Assembly (NCBI GenBank): GCA_027923505.1
Contig: BROI01000029.1
Span: 186,001-250,000 of the forward strand
Source of the DNA: Mayamaea pseudoterrestris
Taxonomy: Eukaryota
DNA: 64,000 nt
Direction of reading: 5' to 3'
Below the pieces are notes generated by a model that saw nothing but the letters and a program-made list of their open reading frames with translations, did not search any database and was not told the DNA's origin. The translations under genes were made by a program, and so were the position numbers. Of the stretch, positions 1-11,639 are shown in pieces. Within the stretch, counting starts at the first letter, position 1, and each line of letters opens with the position of its first letter.

Positions 1-1
1 T

Positions 2-925
2 GGCCTGGCACCCGTCTTGAATGCCCTGCAGGCTAATAAACGAGACTTTACACGACCAGAAGATTTGATTGATTTGGGGGAACTCAGCGGAGAAGCTTTG
101 GAACATGAATTGGCACAGCGAGCCCGAAAACCGGAGGCTCAGTATAGTCCTTGGTTGTTTGTGCAGGACAATAGTAGGAGCATTAGTTCATCCACATCGA
201 GTCGTTCCGGTGTTAAGAGTTTACAAGCCGATCGAATCTTGGCTTTGGCAGCAGAGCGAAACATACCAGTGGCGACGGTCGACAAGGGCGTGCTGAACAC
301 GCTGTCGGGTGAGCGACCACATCAAGGTTACGTTTTACGATGTGGTCCGCTGGAGTTTGAAACTCTGAATCGCATTCCCTTGTCTTCTGACGATCACGAG
401 TCGCAGACACAGCAACAACCACTATGGCTGGTTCTGGACGAAGTGGTGGACCCCCAGAACCTTGGTGCGTTGCTGCGATCGGTCCAATTCCTGGGACAGC
501 GCCATCTCAACGTGTTGGTCTGCGCCAAGAACTCGGCGCCTCCGTCACCAACGGTTAGCGCGGCGTCGGCTGGAGCGCTCGAAGTCTTGAACGTGTACGC
601 CACGAACAGTCTTCCAAAGACATTGTCGCAGGCCGAGCAGGATGGCTTTCGCATTATTGGAGCGTCCTCGTCCGTGCCGCGCGACTCGGAAGGTATCGAG
701 CTGTATGATCTGCAAGAGCTGCCACCATTGGCAGGACCAACGTTGCTCGTGCTTGGATCCGAAGGGCATGGGCTACGCCAACTGGTGTCGAGATGTTGTA
801 CTGAGTTTGTACGCATCCCTGGAGGAATTGAGGAGGGTGGCGTTGATTCTTTGAACGTTAGTGTCACTGGCGGAATACTACTGTGGCACTTGCTGCAGCC
901 AATGTATAAAACAGCAAACGTATAA
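2..925 (+). CDS. SpoU/RlmB-family rRNA 2'-O-methyltransferase (MRM1-like), 5'-truncated by window edge
   Basis: SPOUT motifs LVLDEVVDPQNLGALLRS, LVLGSEGHGL and VDSLNVSV are present, along with an N-terminal HQGYVL. The frame is open to the window start (GLAPVLNAL). Confidence 0.88.
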   Translation, partial: GLAPVLNALQANKRDFTRPEDLIDLGELSGEALEHELAQRARKPEAQYSPWLFVQDNSRSISSSTSSRSGVKSLQADRILALAAERNIPVATVDKGVLNTLSGERPHQGYVLRCGPLEFETLNRIPLSSDDHESQTQQQPLWLVLDEVVDPQNLGALLRSVQFLGQRHLNVLVCAKNSAPPSPTVSAASAGALEVLNVYATNSLPKTLSQAEQDGFRIIGASSSVPRDSEGIELYDLQELPPLAGPTLLVLGSEGHGLRQLVSRCCTEFVRIPGGIEEGGVDSLNVSVTGGILLWHLLQPMYKTANV

Positions 926-959
926 TGTGTTATTACGGGTTGGTATTGCACATCTATTT

Positions 960-2354
960 TTACGTTTGTTTTATCAATGGATTTGGTTGCAATCGATTTC
1001 CTACTGTAGCAAAGGTGAGAAAAGCAGTGTGCCCTTTCATCATATTGAAAGGTCGAGCAACCAATCGTTGTCTCTTTGATGATGGCGCTGCTGCGACTGC
1101 TGTTGCTGTTGCATCATCATCAGTCACACTCAATGTCGTCTTGGCGGTTCTCGTCTCATCGTCTGTATCAATCCTTTTATTTGTTCCATCATTAGAATCA
1201 ACGACAGGCTTGTGAATAGGCCGTGACTCCGTCGGTAATAGCTCAAACTCCAAATCATCCACGTAATGTTCCATCAATCGATACTCCATAGTCTGTAGTG
1301 AATGACAACCACTTTGCTTTAGCGCTGCACAAGCTTTTTGCGTTTGCTCTACGCAGGGACTGTAGGAGGCAATGTGGGCACCTGGCTTGAGGCAGTACAC
1401 CGCATGCGGCACGGCAAGCCATGGCTCTGGAAGATCCAGAAAACAGGCATCCACAGACTGCGCCGGCAGACAAAATCCATCCGTGCAAACGTCTTGATGC
1501 GTCACTGTTACCAAGTGCTCTACACCATGCTGTTTAAACTCTTGTCGCGCCGTTTCGGCTCGGTGCTGATTGAACTCAAACGTATACAAATGTCCCTTGG
1601 GTGCAATGGTTCTTAGTATAGCGTGACTCATGGCCCCGCTTCCCGTTCCACTCTCAATGACTCGCATGTTGGGTCGCAACTGTAGCTTGTACACCACTTG
1701 GACTTGATCAAGCTCCTGCACAATCTGCGTCCGATGGTTCAAGCTCCGGGCCCATAATTCCGGCGTTGGTTTTAGCAAGTAAACAAATCCGTAGCCCTTG
1801 TTATTGGAGCTTCGAATCATGCTGCCAAATGGATACTTGTTGATAAAGTCGTCATGATGAAAGTGGCCGTTGCGATTATGAAACACGTCGCCTGGCGTTG
1901 CGTAGACAAAGTCAAGCTTGTCAAAGGCTTCCATAATGACGACCAAATCGCCAGCTTGGATTGTGGAATGAGTCGGCGGAGTACACAATTCCTTATAATG
2001 ACTGGCGTCAATGTACTGAGAAGCGACCGGAAGAGGTGAAACGTCTGTTGCAATGCGCTTCTTCCCTGTCACTGCATCATGATCTCCATCATGCACCTCG
2101 TCATTTTTGCCACTGTTTTTCGAATCGCCTGCTACCGATTCTCGTGCCTTATATGGTCCCGGTCCAAGAATAACTTCAACTGCAACTTGGTTCGCCGTCT
2201 CTAGCACCATGCGGTCCAAAATGGCGTCCTCGTCGAGAGTGGCAGCATTCGTTGTTGCTGCTGCAACACCGTCACTCGACGGCAGCGGCAAGTGCCGAAC
2301 TTTGGAGCGACTGGCGATAGACTCGCGCGCGACGAGCGTTCGACCAAAGTCCAT
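960..2354 (-). CDS. TRM61: tRNA (adenine-58-N1)-methyltransferase catalytic subunit (GCD14/TRM61)
   Basis: Motifs PTPELWARSLNHRTQI, VIESGTGSGAMSH, FEFNQHRA, FLDLPEPW, YSPCVEQ and GHTAFLTFA. Confidence 0.92.
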   Translation of the reverse strand: MDFGRTLVARESIASRSKVRHLPLPSSDGVAAATTNAATLDEDAILDRMVLETANQVAVEVILGPGPYKARESVAGDSKNSGKNDEVHDGDHDAVTGKKRIATDVSPLPVASQYIDASHYKELCTPPTHSTIQAGDLVVIMEAFDKLDFVYATPGDVFHNRNGHFHHDDFINKYPFGSMIRSSNNKGYGFVYLLKPTPELWARSLNHRTQIVQELDQVQVVYKLQLRPNMRVIESGTGSGAMSHAILRTIAPKGHLYTFEFNQHRAETARQEFKQHGVEHLVTVTHQDVCTDGFCLPAQSVDACFLDLPEPWLAVPHAVYCLKPGAHIASYSPCVEQTQKACAALKQSGCHSLQTMEYRLMEHYVDDLEFELLPTESRPIHKPVVDSNDGTNKRIDTDDETRTAKTTLSVTDDDATATAVAAAPSSKRQRLVARPFNMMKGHTAFLTFATVGNRLQPNPLIKQT

Positions 2355-2644
2355 GATGAATGTATTGTAATGCCAGAGCTAGAGTGAAGGAAGATGATTG
2401 CTATAAAAAGAATGAGGGGCAGGATTTCGGGTTGGATGGAGGTGAAAGCGTGACGTACTCCTAGGCGCGCGTGAATGAGTTTTTCGAGTCTGCTGTATGT
2501 CTCACCGAATGCCCGCGAGTCAGAAAATCTGACTCGAATGCGTCGCATTCACCATGGCGCTCATCCATCTCCACCTCGCTTATAGCTTGTTCGCAGTCAT
2601 GGTTGTCTTACAGTGATCAACAGACATGTTAGAAGACATCTACA

Positions 2645-5600
2645 ATGCGACTTTTGATCAGTGATTCGATTGTACTGATTGTTCTTTATTCGCTGCTCGG
2701 CCGCGTCGCCTTTACGACGGCAAACGAGCAACGACCACGGCAAGATGAGCAGCAGGAATCGAAAGGAGGAGGAGGTTTAATTGTTCAGACACGACCAAGC
2801 TTGACACAATTCCATAGACACAGAAAATGGCTGCAGGAGTTGCTACAAAAGCTATTTGTCGTGTCGCAGTCGCCGAGGAAAAAGGCGACCGCCTCCATAA
2901 AGAATTCGCAGCAGCAACGTCAAATTCACCATCGCAAGGATCGCCCTGAACGATTTTACGACAATTCTGGAAGCCGTCGTATGGCGGACTCGACGGCTGC
3001 TTCAATTGCGATCTACGAAGGCGCAACTTTCGCTTGCAACGGCGCAGAGGAAGCCGAAAGTTCCGTGAATTCGGATTGTCATTATACATCCATTTACGAA
3101 CAGGAACCGCACGTTGGAATGCAGTTTACCATCTCAACGCCTCCCCATGCCATTTACGAACTAGTGGAAGCTGTCAATTATCAGCTTGGAGACGAAAAGA
3201 ATCAGCAATATACAGTTGACTATGCTTACAGCCCCGTACAAGTCATACACATGCACCACGACTACGACGGTTATCCGGCGTATAGTGAACAGACTGACAT
3301 GGAGATGCAACTCGTCGTTACTGCAATGGGTGGAGCACCCTCTAAAAATATTCCTCGGGGTCCTCGTCAGTGGTGGCAATGGTGGAGGCCAATGGAACAA
3401 GATGAACGTGACCAAACTGTACCCATTGAGGACGACCCTCGAGACTGGGACACTTTGTATCAGATGCAGTCGCGTGCCTTTGCCGGAGGCTCGCATGGTG
3501 AAGTCTGGCGAGGACGGCGACGAAGACGAGCTGCATGCTTGAAGAGTGATTGCGGCTGTGACGAGGACGACGCGGAGAATGAACCACTGATTTTTAAGCG
3601 TCTGCGGATTGAGCATGGCTATCGAGTCCTGGAAGCTGGATTACGAGAGATACACTTTGGTCGATGGCTAGCGCAACAGGCTTCTACAACTGCGGCTCTT
3701 TACACTCAATATGTAGATCACTTCTTTCGAACCCGCCGTGACGGTGAGCTTGAGCTTTGGATTGTCTTTCGAGACGCAGGGCCGTCTCTGCGCTCGTACT
3801 TGTATACGGCAGTGTCCATGGGAGAGTTTGTTTTCTATCAGCCATCGGATCTTTGGACGCGCCTGCGAATGAGTGTTTCTGGACAGTCAGTAGCAGGCCC
3901 AGGGGTGAATACGTCCTTGGAGCCTTATGAAGTGACGGATGTTGCACGGGCGGGTCGCAAGCTCATGCGTACCGTTTTGAAGCAAATACTTGAAGCGGCA
4001 GCTCATTTACATGAGCATTCGATCGTGCACAGGGATATCAAGCCTTCTAACGTCTTATGCATCACAAATATGGACGTTGAAGACGTGTCGATCGATTTTG
4101 ATTTGGTGCTGGTTAAATGCGCTCTCGGAGATTTATCCAGCGCTTGGGATGAATATTCCCGTAGCAACCTATATACACGCGGTCCTTCTCGGCTAGAACA
4201 AACGGATGATTATGCACCGCCGGAAGCAATTTTCGGGTATATCGATCGGCAACCGAATCCAATCATCGAACCATCCTTTGATTCCTGGAGCATTGGTGTT
4301 TTGGCGTTGGAGATGCTACTCGGCACGCCGAATGTGTTCAGCGTCGACCAGCGAACTACCGCAATACTCACTCACAAGCTGACGAATGAAGGGACTTCTA
4401 AGAAAGACATACAGCGAGCTCTTTACCTGGCCGCCCTCAGTCAGTTCTGTATCTTTCATCCGTCTCATGATCATCGTCGTCAGGAGTGGCCGCTCCGGCG
4501 TGGCGATCCTTTGCATCAATACTTAATGGTCAAGAGCTCCTGCACACTGCACGATTTCCATCGTGGCCTTCTTGCTCGGGATCCTTTGGGTCTCGGTTTT
4601 GATACTTCCGTTGACCCGCTGCTTCATCTGATATGGCAGCTGCTCAGCTGGGATCCAAAGGAACGGATTACTGCTTCTGAAGCCTTGCGCCATCCCTATT
4701 TCACACGCGTTGACCTGGTGCTTGACACAACCTTCACAAATACTACCAAAGCGCTCGAGTCACAAATGCTGGATCCTAGGATGGACTTTAATCTTAGTGA
4801 TTCAGTGGAAGAGTTTCATTGTCCACAGTGCGGACGTGTATTCGACGACTGGAACTCTTGCCTGCAGCACGCCAGATCGAGGCGACATGCTAAATTTTGC
4901 ACCTACGATCGCCAGTCGCTACCTACTTGCCTTCATGCGCATTCCATGCTTCCAGTCCACAACATGTCTGGATACTGCGATATACAAGGCCGGCGAAGGA
5001 CAATTGAAGACTTTCACTCGATCCATTTGACAAATGAGACGTTCTATTATGGCATTTTTGATGGTCACAGTGGCAACTTGGCCGCCAAGTTCGTAGCATC
5101 AGCGCTGTACTGTATAATTTTGAAGATGCTGAACCCCATTCTACACAAAGATATCTTGCCAGAAAATTGGAAAATAGCTTGCCAACACTCGCTTGCGAAT
5201 GCGTTTGCGGAGGTCCATCATGATTTTCTCGAAGCAATCTTGTCTGCGCCGCGCAAGATGGATCAAAGTGGGACTACCGCGACTATTGTCTACATGGCTC
5301 CTCGCGCTGTTGTTTTGGCCAGCCTTGGCGATTCTCGCGCCGTCCTCGGATCCGTTCGACATAACGTTACGGACTCATCCATATTCACCTCGGCGGTTCA
5401 GCTGACCAAGGATCACGTCGCATCAGATTCAGAGGAGCAACAGATGGTAGAGTCTCGAGGTGGGCATGTCACGTTTCACAATGGCATGCACCGCGTCAAT
5501 GGAACGCTAGCTATTACACGATCAATTGGAGGTGAGTGAAATTGTATCTCGTCGCAGACTCTACTACTTGTAAGCGTGTATGTCCTTACCTTGAATGCTT

Positions 5601-5966
5601 GCACCTTTATATTAAATTTCTTCAGATGCTGCATTGAGTCCCTTTCTGTCTCGAGAACCGCATGTTGTGTCAATGACGGCTGAGGAAGTTAAATCCCTCT
5701 GCGCGTCGACTAAAACGCCGAACAGCACAAGCGTTACTGATTTATTAGCCAGCACCGTCGTTCCATGCTTTTTGATTCTTGCCTCTGACGGACTTTGGGA
5801 TGTGATGAGCAACGAGGATGCCGTGGACATGGTGGCCGAAGTGCTAATATCACTAGCAGCGGCTGGTAAAACCATGAGCCTGCAGGAGGCGGCGGAACGC
5901 TTGACGCTCGAAGCCTACGTGCGCGGCAGTCGCGACAATATTGGCGTTGCTGTCATTGCTATATGA
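2645..5966 (+). CDS. Signal-peptide-bearing Ser/Thr protein kinase + C2H2 zinc finger + PP2C phosphatase fusion (2 exons, intron 5532-5625)
   Basis: Kinase motifs [27 protein letters not shown] and [13 protein letters not shown]; zinc finger CPQC-x12-H-x5-H; PP2C motifs [33 protein letters not shown] and GSRDNI. The GT-AG intron restores the frame. Confidence 0.88.
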
Positions 5967-6045
5967 ACAAAAATTACGATGCATATGATTTTATTAAATA
6001 CAAGACTTGACAGACTCGAAAGTCTCCTGTCCTATCATCAAATTC

Positions 6046-7056
6046 TCAAGCACTTCCATAACTTCGTTTAAAAGCCCCCGCCGACCATGACACCTGCATT
6101 GTATACAATCGCACAGCCCATGCAACTACTCCTAGCAAGGCAACGGCGTAATAGAGTCGGCCTGGCGTTGACGAATGCAAAATAGCCGGTTGGTGGTAGA
6201 AGCGCTCCATTTCCGCTTGCTGCTTGAATGTCAAGTGATGGTGATTCAATGGCTGCTGCTGTCGGACGGCGAACTGTAGCTTGGGCTGCTGATTCACTAC
6301 ATTGTGCTGTTGCAAAGGTAATGCATGATTCTCTGTTACGCTTCGCAATGCATTCGTCTTGGGAGCGCCAGCAATCAAAGTTGCATTTGCCGAGACTGTA
6401 GCGGCATACTCTGGAACAATCAATAAATTGTTATGGACAACAAGCTCTGTCGCTATATCATCGTCGGATATTCCAAAGATTGTATAGGCCGTCACGAAAA
6501 AGAGTAGCGTTAATCCTCGCAAGGGCGTCCAATGAATGCGGTGACCTCGTCGCCGACTGGGTTTGCGCGAATAAAGCTGCTCGGCATCGTCACCATCATC
6601 TTCGTCTGAAATATCTGAAACATCATCAATATTAAGAACATGGTTGCGTCTACGGGCTCTGTTAAATCTCGCGAATGGGGGCGGTGACGGCAGTGATGCA
6701 AGGTCGGTAGCGGCAACTGTGGCAATCAGCGTCGGTTGAATATTTAATTTGGATGAAGTTTCCGAAGCACAGGACGTAGCCGTAGACGAGTCAGTTTCCG
6801 TCAATGACCAATTTACATGCTGCCATAAAGGCGACGAAAGTCCTGCAAGAGATCCCTGTCGAGTGTTTGGTGTCTGTGCAATAGCAGGCGTCACGAAGTC
6901 GCTGCCTATCTCTCCCCGCTCCTCGTCGGAATCACAGCAATCACTGACAATGAAAAGGCCGAATCTGTCATCATCATGAAGATCCGCTAGTGATGATAAC
7001 ATCTCTGTCATTGATGATTGAATGCTGGAGTCGTTGCAAAGATCTAATGCAATCAA
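6046..7056 (-). CDS. Hypothetical membrane protein (two hydrophobic segments)
   Basis: 336-aa ORF with a low-complexity acidic N-terminal part and two TM-like stretches (LTLLFFVTAYTIFG; LYYAVALLGVVAWAV). No recognised domain. Confidence 0.55.
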   Translation of the reverse strand: MIALDLCNDSSIQSSMTEMLSSLADLHDDDRFGLFIVSDCCDSDEERGEIGSDFVTPAIAQTPNTRQGSLAGLSSPLWQHVNWSLTETDSSTATSCASETSSKLNIQPTLIATVAATDLASLPSPPPFARFNRARRRNHVLNIDDVSDISDEDDGDDAEQLYSRKPSRRRGHRIHWTPLRGLTLLFFVTAYTIFGISDDDIATELVVHNNLLIVPEYAATVSANATLIAGAPKTNALRSVTENHALPLQQHNVVNQQPKLQFAVRQQQPLNHHHLTFKQQAEMERFYHQPAILHSSTPGRLYYAVALLGVVAWAVRLYTMQVSWSAGAFKRSYGSA

Positions 7057-7643
7057 GCTTGTAGTTGGATCTATTCAAGTCGACAAGAGCCTCGACACGG
7101 CGCAACCGATCAACATCGAATGCCTCGTGTCCCCCGCGAACGTGAGTCCCTCTGAACCCGGAGAACCTCTTATGTCACTCGTGGCTCTTGCATAACAAGG
7201 CACGAACCATACGTTGCTGAACGGACAACTGAAGTACTGTTTAAGCCATACTTGCAAGCGAGCCGGACGTTCGCGGAGAAACTGTGAGTTCGCACCGGTA
7301 ATAATTAGTAACGGTATGACAAAATGCGTTACCGCAACATTCACCCTTCACCATGGCCCCAACATGTTTGTTGAGGCAGCAAATTAGCTGCTGCAAAGTG
7401 TATATTGTATTGCCAATAACCATCACAAACAAAGATAGAATATCATGCTAAAAAAGTGACTTACCATACCGTCACAAGCAGGTACCGGACCGACACTCAT
7501 GCTACGTCAGCGTCGACATCTGACTCATGTTTTTGGTTCGCACAATGTCGACTTTCATAGCCTTCCTCGTCACAAATAGCCATACATTCACGACGTAACA
7601 TACAGCTACGGTACGGTAGGTTGCATCATCAAGTCGATTGACC

Positions 7644-9446
7644 ATGATCTTGAAGATAAGCTTCGTGTTTGCAGCTTTAGCGAGCTGTTCGAACGCCTTT
7701 TTGCAGTCGCCTGGCTCGCCACTGCGCGTTCGCAATGCGCGACATTCGCTCGCCGTAACATCGACGCTCCAGCCGCCAGCTCGAACCTTTGACAATGACG
7801 ACAAAACCACGGCGAAGGAAGACTCGGAGATGCATGCAGACAACGAAAAGTTTGATTGGTTCAAGGCTTGGTATCCCATCATTCCAGTCGCCATTCTTGA
7901 CCATGAGAAGCCGCACAAGTTTCACCTCCTCGGCACGCCAATCATCGTTTGGAACGATGCTCCCATGGTGGGAGTTGAAAAGTTTGGCCCCAAGCCGAAG
8001 AAAGGAAAGCGCGATGTTAATGCCGGACAGTGGCGCGCCTTTGTTGACGAGTGTCCTCACCGCAAAGTTCCACTCAGCGAGGGACGGGTTGAAGCGGATG
8101 GAAGCTTGCTGTGCTCGTACCATGCTTGGAGGTTTGACGGAGAAGGCGATTTGGTGAATGTACCACAAATGGATGAAACCGAACTGGCAATCGTCAAGGC
8201 CAACCCAAAGAGTCAATGCAACTCGTTCCCTGTTAAAATCGTTGACGGTGTCTTATGGGTTTGGCCAGAGACTGGAAGCGATGCGAAGATTCAATCTGCT
8301 CTGACGGAGGTCAATCACTACAAGGTACCTGGCGAAAGGAAGAAAGAAGATGTCTGGTACGGACCATGGAATTACCGAGAACTCCCATATAGTGCAGACT
8401 TTTTCATTGAAAATGTTGTTGATCCAGTTCATGTTCAAGGTGAGTTAGCGAGGAGTTTCAGCATTGTTGAGTTGACACAGCTGTAGAAAAGTAGATTGAC
8501 TGTCTCTTTCTCTCTATTTGCATTGAACAGTCAGTCATCATAACATCATTGGCTCGCGATACAGTGACCAACAGTTGGATAGCATGAAGCTTGTTAATAA
8601 AGTAACGAAGGACGGGTTCAAGTTCCAGGCCAAATTAAGTATCGCCTCGACGGGATCAAATACGACGTACCATGCTCCAGCTCATGTAGCGATTGAAACT
8701 GGTACCAGTGGCGCTCTGCAAACGCTTGAATTATATGCTACGCCAGCTCGACCTGGTTACTGCCACCACGTTGGCCGCATGGTGAGTGGGTAATGCATGC
8801 GTGAGAGATTTTCGCTGCTATATATGCACGCTCGTGTCCTTACATTGCTCCATATCAATTGCTTTTGTAGGTGATCGCAAAGGACAAGAACTCAGAGATG
8901 CCCAAGCTGTTGCGGCAGTTCACGTGGCCAATGCCATTGTGGGTCAATCATATGGCCGCATCCTTGTTTTTGAACCAAGATGCTTTGTTTTTGCACAGTC
9001 AGGAACGGCACCTTGCAACCACCAAAGATTACACTGCCGTCAAGGACGGCGCTGATTTCAAGGCGGACAACTACAACAAAGCGGTTCTTCGCACGGAGGC
9101 GGACTTGGGTGTGGTGAGCTTTCGGGAATGGCTCCGTGTCCTTGCTGGCGGACGAGTTCCTTACAAGTATGGCTCTGTTATGCCGGAGTGGAATAGAGAT
9201 ATCGTCTTTGACGTTTGGAACGCGCACACGAAGCACTGTGCCGTATGTCAGAGAGCACTCAAGAACATCAAGCGTGCGCGATTCACGTCCTTCGTCGCTG
9301 CCGCCTGCCTGGCCGTCCTACGACCGGCGGCGAGCAAGGCACTCAATCTTGCCGGTGTTGTGGCGACGGCGGGACTTGGCTTGGCGCTGAGCAAGCTGGT
9401 TGGCATTTTTTACAAGTATGAGTTCGAGCATGCTCATAATGATTAG
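7644..9446 (+). CDS. Plastid-targeted Rieske non-heme iron oxygenase, PAO/Tic55/PTC52 family (3 exons; introns 8440-8530, 8782-8870)
   Basis: Signal peptide ending SNAF; Rieske motif CPHR...CSYH; mononuclear Fe motif ENVVDPVHVQVSHH restored across intron 1; C-terminal HCAVC (CxxC) and hydrophobic tail. Confidence 0.88.
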
Positions 9447-9694
9447 GTCGTGACTTTTGATACAACTACTGTTTTACATTTCACATGCGTCACATGTCCA
9501 AACTGCAGCTTATTTGAATAAATTTGTGTTCTTACGTATTAGCATATTTTGCGAGCGCTGCGCGGATCTTTGAGCCACACCGCAACATGTCGTACGTACC
9601 ATTTAAGATACAGTGGTACTTAAGGGCATGTACAGCAAGATCTAGTGACTACGAATGGCACAAACAGCAGACTACCGGTATATATGATGAGGCA

Positions 9695-11224
9695 CTACAT
9701 CCTTTGGGTATCTAAAGTAGCTGTGTGCATATTAAGATCTTTCTCCAAAGCAACAAAGGTTTCAAATAATGTCGGCTGCTCAATCACTCGATCGGTCGCT
9801 AGATCCACTATCCGACAACCTTGGCAGCGCTGAAATCCGGCGCCAAGCGGCAGGAACCGAGCAGAGGCTACGGTCGATCCGCCGTTCGGAGACACCAGTC
9901 CCAGCGTTTGGTAGCTCTTCCCGCTAACTGCCAAGCCATGCGTCGGAGGCAGTTGAAACTGCAGCTGCAAATTCATGGCAGCTTGTCCGTGATTGACAAC
10001 GAGAAATTGCACTGTTTGTGCGACTTGCAATATCATACGAGCTGGTGGATCTATAGGGACTACTATGACCGGAAGCATGCGAAGAAGGTCATTTTCGTTG
10101 CTCGTTAAACCTCTTTGGTTAATGGATGCGGAAGCCGCAGCTAAATCAACCGATAGTCCCGAGTTATACATGACAAAGTTTGATTTCTCCCAGGTACCGG
10201 TAGCTACTCCATCACTTATCTCGCATGTTAACTCTGGTATTTCAATCGTCGGGACGACGATGGGCGCCGAAACAATGCAACCTTTCTCGCCCATGGCCTT
10301 GCGCCATGTGACCATGGCACGTCCCAAAACATCGCCAGCAGCGAGGCCTCGCAAAATAGTATCCTTCGTTGTCGCTTGAACTTCAAACAAGTATCGTTGC
10401 GAAGAACCAGATGATAGCATTGTAAGCTGATCGAAAAGCTGAAGGGCATTTAGTTCCTTCGTCGCGCCTTCTTCAAGCATATTATTTATAGCAGGGAGGA
10501 CAGTTTCAATCGCCTGTGCGCCAATATTCTTAGCTACTAAACCATTTTGAGTCTCCAAAGCAACATGGGAAATCAGCAGTTGGTCTTTTTGAATTGCAAC
10601 GTTGGCTTGCTGCTCATTCGCAGCCGTAGCATCAGGACTCGTGAATTCCACCAAGACAGAAACAAAGCAAGTCACATCTCCTGATCGCAAAACATTTGCC
10701 GTTATAGTCAGTGGTGAAACAACTTGGAAGCGATAAAATTTGCGAAATGTTTTGCTATTTCCCTCCGGCGAAACATACGACACTTCAACTCGCAATATAT
10801 GCTGGCCAGCCTCCTCAATGTCGTGCGAAACAATTGCGTCAATTCCAGAATTTGGACCAACGTCTTTTCCGCCTCCAGTGGTTGGATCTAGCTCGCTGGG
10901 CAGTTGCCATCGCTGCGATGGCGTCTGCAAAAGGGCGCTCACAGCAAGGCGACGAATCACGGAATGTTTGCTCGCGTTCAACAAGCCCAAGTACGCCGTA
11001 AACTTCTCCCCGACAAAAACACCAAGCGAGTCTGGAAGACAAAGTGAATTTTCGATTGCATGAGTTGGAATCAGACTTCCAGCAAAGGATTGATGAAGGT
11101 CGGGTGATTGAAGGCGCATGACGCGAAGGGTTGGGACGGCGGAATCCGTGACTGGAACAACGCTGCTGCTGCCGCTTGGGCTGGCGCCTGATTTAGGTGA
11201 CGTTCGATTTGCAGGCCTTGACAT
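9695..11224 (-). CDS. TRAPPC13: Trafficking protein particle complex subunit 13 (DUF974)
   Basis: Motifs TLRVMRL..P, LCLPDSLG.FVGEKFTAYL, HDIEEAGQHILRVEVSY, FRKFYRFQV and WRKAMGEKG. Confidence 0.85.
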   Translation of the reverse strand: MSRPANRTSPKSGASPSGSSSVVPVTDSAVPTLRVMRLQSPDLHQSFAGSLIPTHAIENSLCLPDSLGVFVGEKFTAYLGLLNASKHSVIRRLAVSALLQTPSQRWQLPSELDPTTGGGKDVGPNSGIDAIVSHDIEEAGQHILRVEVSYVSPEGNSKTFRKFYRFQVVSPLTITANVLRSGDVTCFVSVLVEFTSPDATAANEQQANVAIQKDQLLISHVALETQNGLVAKNIGAQAIETVLPAINNMLEEGATKELNALQLFDQLTMLSSGSSQRYLFEVQATTKDTILRGLAAGDVLGRAMVTWRKAMGEKGCIVSAPIVVPTIEIPELTCEISDGVATGTWEKSNFVMYNSGLSVDLAAASASINQRGLTSNENDLLRMLPVIVVPIDPPARMILQVAQTVQFLVVNHGQAAMNLQLQFQLPPTHGLAVSGKSYQTLGLVSPNGGSTVASARFLPLGAGFQRCQGCRIVDLATDRVIEQPTLFETFVALEKDLNMHTATLDTQRM

Positions 11225-11349
11225 GCTGCTTCTGTTTTAGTCAGCAGCGTGAGTTTATAAGGAAGAGGTACTATCGGTAGTGACCACCATCTTCATCGCT
11301 TGTTGTCGTCGATGCGTTGTCGCTTCACTCGACATCGAGTGTGAATCAG

Positions 11350-11482
11350 AGTGTACTGCCAAAAACTTTGATATATTTCAAAGTTCTTGGCACTGTCCAT
11401 CCAAGTGTACTGCCAAAAACTTTGATTTTCAAAGTTATTGGCACTGTGTGCCAAAGTGTAGTGCCAAAAACTTTGATTTTTG
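11350..11482. repeat. Tandem array of ~52-bp palindromic units (2.5 copies) in a divergent promoter
   Basis: AGTGTA(C/G)TGCCAAAAACTTTGA occurs at 11350, 11404 and 11455. The first two copies are followed by the inverted arm TCAAAGTT(C/A)TTGGCA. Confidence 0.85.
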
Positions 11483-11639
11483 AACTGTAGGTCAGAGTGT
11501 AGCACCACATTCCCGATGGATAGGCGAAAACCGAAACGTTTGGACTTCTCGCTGGGACTTTTCGTGAACTCGTCCATCACTCGCTTGCATTCCCTTCACT
11601 CCTTCCTTCTGTCGTGGCCAGTACTTTTGGCTAGCAACC

